In this document: in pieces, positions 61,146 through 64,000 of the stretch
Layout of the letters: each line of letters opens with the position of its first letter
How positions within the stretch are numbered: position 1 is the first letter of the stretch
DNA from: Escherichia virus TH22
Sequence record: MT446396.1
Direction: 5' to 3' (one strand)
DNA: 64,000 bases
The notes under the pieces: model-generated
What the model saw: the letters and a program-made list of their open reading frames with translations, nothing else
What the model was told of the DNA's origin: nothing
Databases searched by the model: none
Program-made: the position numbers and the translations under genes

Positions 61146-63125
61146 TTATTGTGGCCCAATCAGCTCATCAAAATCAGCACCAGTGCTAGTGGCTACGAAG
61201 TTAAGAGTGATGTAGTTGATGCTGCGCGCAGGTTTAAAATAAATGCTAGCAACAAACTCATTTCGGTCTATGACCGACGGGGTGTTGTTAGTAGTATCAC
61301 AAACTACACGACCTTCATAAATGCCACCAAGTGCACGAATACCATCCAAGTATTGAGAAGTTTCCATACGGAATGATGCACGAGTGAAGTTATCGTTAAG
61401 CTCAAACAGTTTATATTTGGATGCATCACCGATATTTTTCTTCAGCATATTCGTAAGACGACGAACGTTAATATGGTCCATCGGAGATGGAACTTTAGTT
61501 GCAGTCTTATCACCATACAGAACAAAACCATCACCACCTGCGAAACCAACAACCGGGTTGATAGCTTCTTGATACATGCGGTCACGTTGGGTCTGACGTG
61601 GTTCAACAGCCAATTTCAGAACGTTCAGAATCTGACCGCGGTTATAACCAGCCGGAGACATCCAAGGCTGAGAAACATCATCAGTACGAGCACACAGACC
61701 AGCCATATCAGCTGCCAGAGGAACCCAACGGTTAACGTCATTATATTTATCATACTGATATTTATAGTTGCCATCAATCGCTGCATAAGTCGTGCTGATA
61801 TTCATGTTATCAGTATCAAATGCGCCAGCACCTGTACGCCAGTCAATCAGGTTATCCACTGCACGGGTCAGAGGAACGTTAACCAACAGACCTTTCGGCG
61901 GGGAAATAAATGCCAGACAATCCTGACGTTCGTCAGCAATAGAAACCACGTGTTTCTGAACAGTGGAAGCGGTTGCATCACCTTCACCAGCTACTGCACC
62001 AGCGATAAGCAGGTTAATATGCAGTGCTTCACGGTCAGCAAACAGGTCCCAACCTTGCATCAAATCACCAGCGGTAATCTTATCGTTTGCAGAAATACCA
62101 CCTGACAGATTGATGATACCACTGAAGCCTGCAGGCCAGTTGCGAGATGTTGCATAGATGTAGTTGGAAGTACCTTTTGCAAAGTAGTCATCCAAGTAAA
62201 TGTTATTACCGTAAACATCTTTTTCGCCCTGCTTGGTAGACAAAACAACGTTTTCGACGATTGCACCATCGCGGCGAACGATAATTGCATATTGGTTTTC
62301 AGACTGTGGGCCATAGTTAAACACGGCACGAGCCACAGAAGCACGCGTTCCGCCGCCCGGGAAAATATTCAGATTTGCAGCTGCGCCTTTTTCAAATTCA
62401 GCTTTAGATACGATTTCAACTTCCAGAGTCGAACCGATTTCACCTGGATAAAGAGCAACAACACCTGGCATTGCATATTTTGCTAATGATGCCTGGAATT
62501 CCAGAGAAGTAATTGCTTCTTCACTATTTTCTGCTTCAGTCAACAGAATGCCAGAATCGGTAACAATTTTCCCAACGGTGATGGTACCAGATACGCCAGA
62601 AGAAGTGGTTGTAACTTCTGCAGTCCATGCACTACCTAAATTAGGATACTGGTTAATAGTTTTGGCAAATGCAATAATCTTATCGGTAGGAATAAAGATT
62701 GCCTGAATTTTACCATCAACGTCGACCTTGGTCACACGGCCAGCCGGTTCAACAACAGTCTGGTTGTGTTTAACCTGAATAACATCACCGACAGCATAGT
62801 TTGTACCAGCAGTTACGATGGTAGTTTCAATATTGCCAGCAATAGGGGATGCGTTTTTAGCTTCGTCACGGTTAACAACACGTACAGTACGGAGGTCGTT
62901 ACCATATTGCAGGAAGTTCATCCCACTCATAAAGTAATCTGCTGTTTCATTATTCGGACCACCAAACAAATCAACAAGTTCAACTTCGTTTGTAATTTGA
63001 GTTACCTGGAAAGCTGGGCCCCACTGGAATTTACCAACCAGCGCCGCACGACCCGTCGCGTTACGAACAACAGTGCTTTGTACCGTTGTTTCTTTGAGCT
63101 CAATGCCCGGGGATAATAAAGCCAT
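61146..63125 (-). CDS. 18: tail sheath protein gp18
   Basis: 659 aa as in T4; very high similarity to recalled T4 gp18 (LLSPGIELKETTVQSTVV ...). Confidence 0.95.
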   Translation of the reverse strand: MALLSPGIELKETTVQSTVVRNATGRAALVGKFQWGPAFQVTQITNEVELVDLFGGPNNETADYFMSGMNFLQYGNDLRTVRVVNRDEAKNASPIAGNIETTIVTAGTNYAVGDVIQVKHNQTVVEPAGRVTKVDVDGKIQAIFIPTDKIIAFAKTINQYPNLGSAWTAEVTTTSSGVSGTITVGKIVTDSGILLTEAENSEEAITSLEFQASLAKYAMPGVVALYPGEIGSTLEVEIVSKAEFEKGAAANLNIFPGGGTRASVARAVFNYGPQSENQYAIIVRRDGAIVENVVLSTKQGEKDVYGNNIYLDDYFAKGTSNYIYATSRNWPAGFSGIINLSGGISANDKITAGDLMQGWDLFADREALHINLLIAGAVAGEGDATASTVQKHVVSIADERQDCLAFISPPKGLLVNVPLTRAVDNLIDWRTGAGAFDTDNMNISTTYAAIDGNYKYQYDKYNDVNRWVPLAADMAGLCARTDDVSQPWMSPAGYNRGQILNVLKLAVEPRQTQRDRMYQEAINPVVGFAGGDGFVLYGDKTATKVPSPMDHINVRRLTNMLKKNIGDASKYKLFELNDNFTRASFRMETSQYLDGIRALGGIYEGRVVCDTTNNTPSVIDRNEFVASIYFKPARSINYITLNFVATSTGADFDELIGPQ

Positions 63126-63154
63126 TTTGAGTCCTCTAATAGTTTGCTTTACTT

Positions 63155-64000
<846 letters not shown>

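Noticed and set aside
61473-62105. 210-aa plus-strand ORF (and other plus-strand ORFs within 61149-63116)
   Set aside because: Antisense within the tail sheath gene 18, which matches T4 gp18 over its whole length.

Overview
This window is a contiguous segment of a T4-like (T-even, Straboviridae) virulent phage genome, colinear with the T4 map from gene 38 to gene 17 but in reverse orientation. Left to right: long tail fiber genes 38(partial)-37-36-35-34 on the minus strand; an early/middle block on the plus strand (rnh, dsbA, 33, 59, a seg-like GIY-YIG ORF, 32, an island of small early ORFs, frd, td, nrdA, nrdB, denA, rnlA, alc, spanins, pseT, cd, 31, rIII-like, a 30.x accessory island, DNA ligase 30, alt); baseplate genes 54-48-29-28-27-51 (minus) and 26-25-uvsY (plus); uvsW/uvsW.1 (minus); inh-hoc-rnlB (plus); then head and tail genes 24-paralog, 24, 23, 22, 21, 68, 67, 20, 19, 18 and partial 17 (minus). 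Core proteins are recognisably close to T4 (gp23, gp18, gp20, Hoc especially). No tRNA, rRNA, CRISPR array, integrase or transposon was found. Regulatory architecture is readable by eye: TATAAATA late promoters, MotA-box middle promoters, GT(T/G)TAC-N17/18-(C/T)ATAAT early promoters, and recurrent GGGACCTTCGGGTCCC-type terminator hairpins. I could not identify with certainty a complete novel system. The best candidates are in the rIII-to-ligase accessory island (30.5-34.3 kb): an ORF-free, GC-elevated ~400 bp spacer followed by a 53-aa highly basic ORF, and an adjacent NADAR-like plus HAD-phosphatase gene pair. Other notable points are a DUF4326-like ORF, tandem gene 24 paralogs, a truncated alc paralog, and a promoter cassette in antisense orientation between genes 18 and 19. 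All identifications rest on reading the translations and recalled family motifs; no database search was run.
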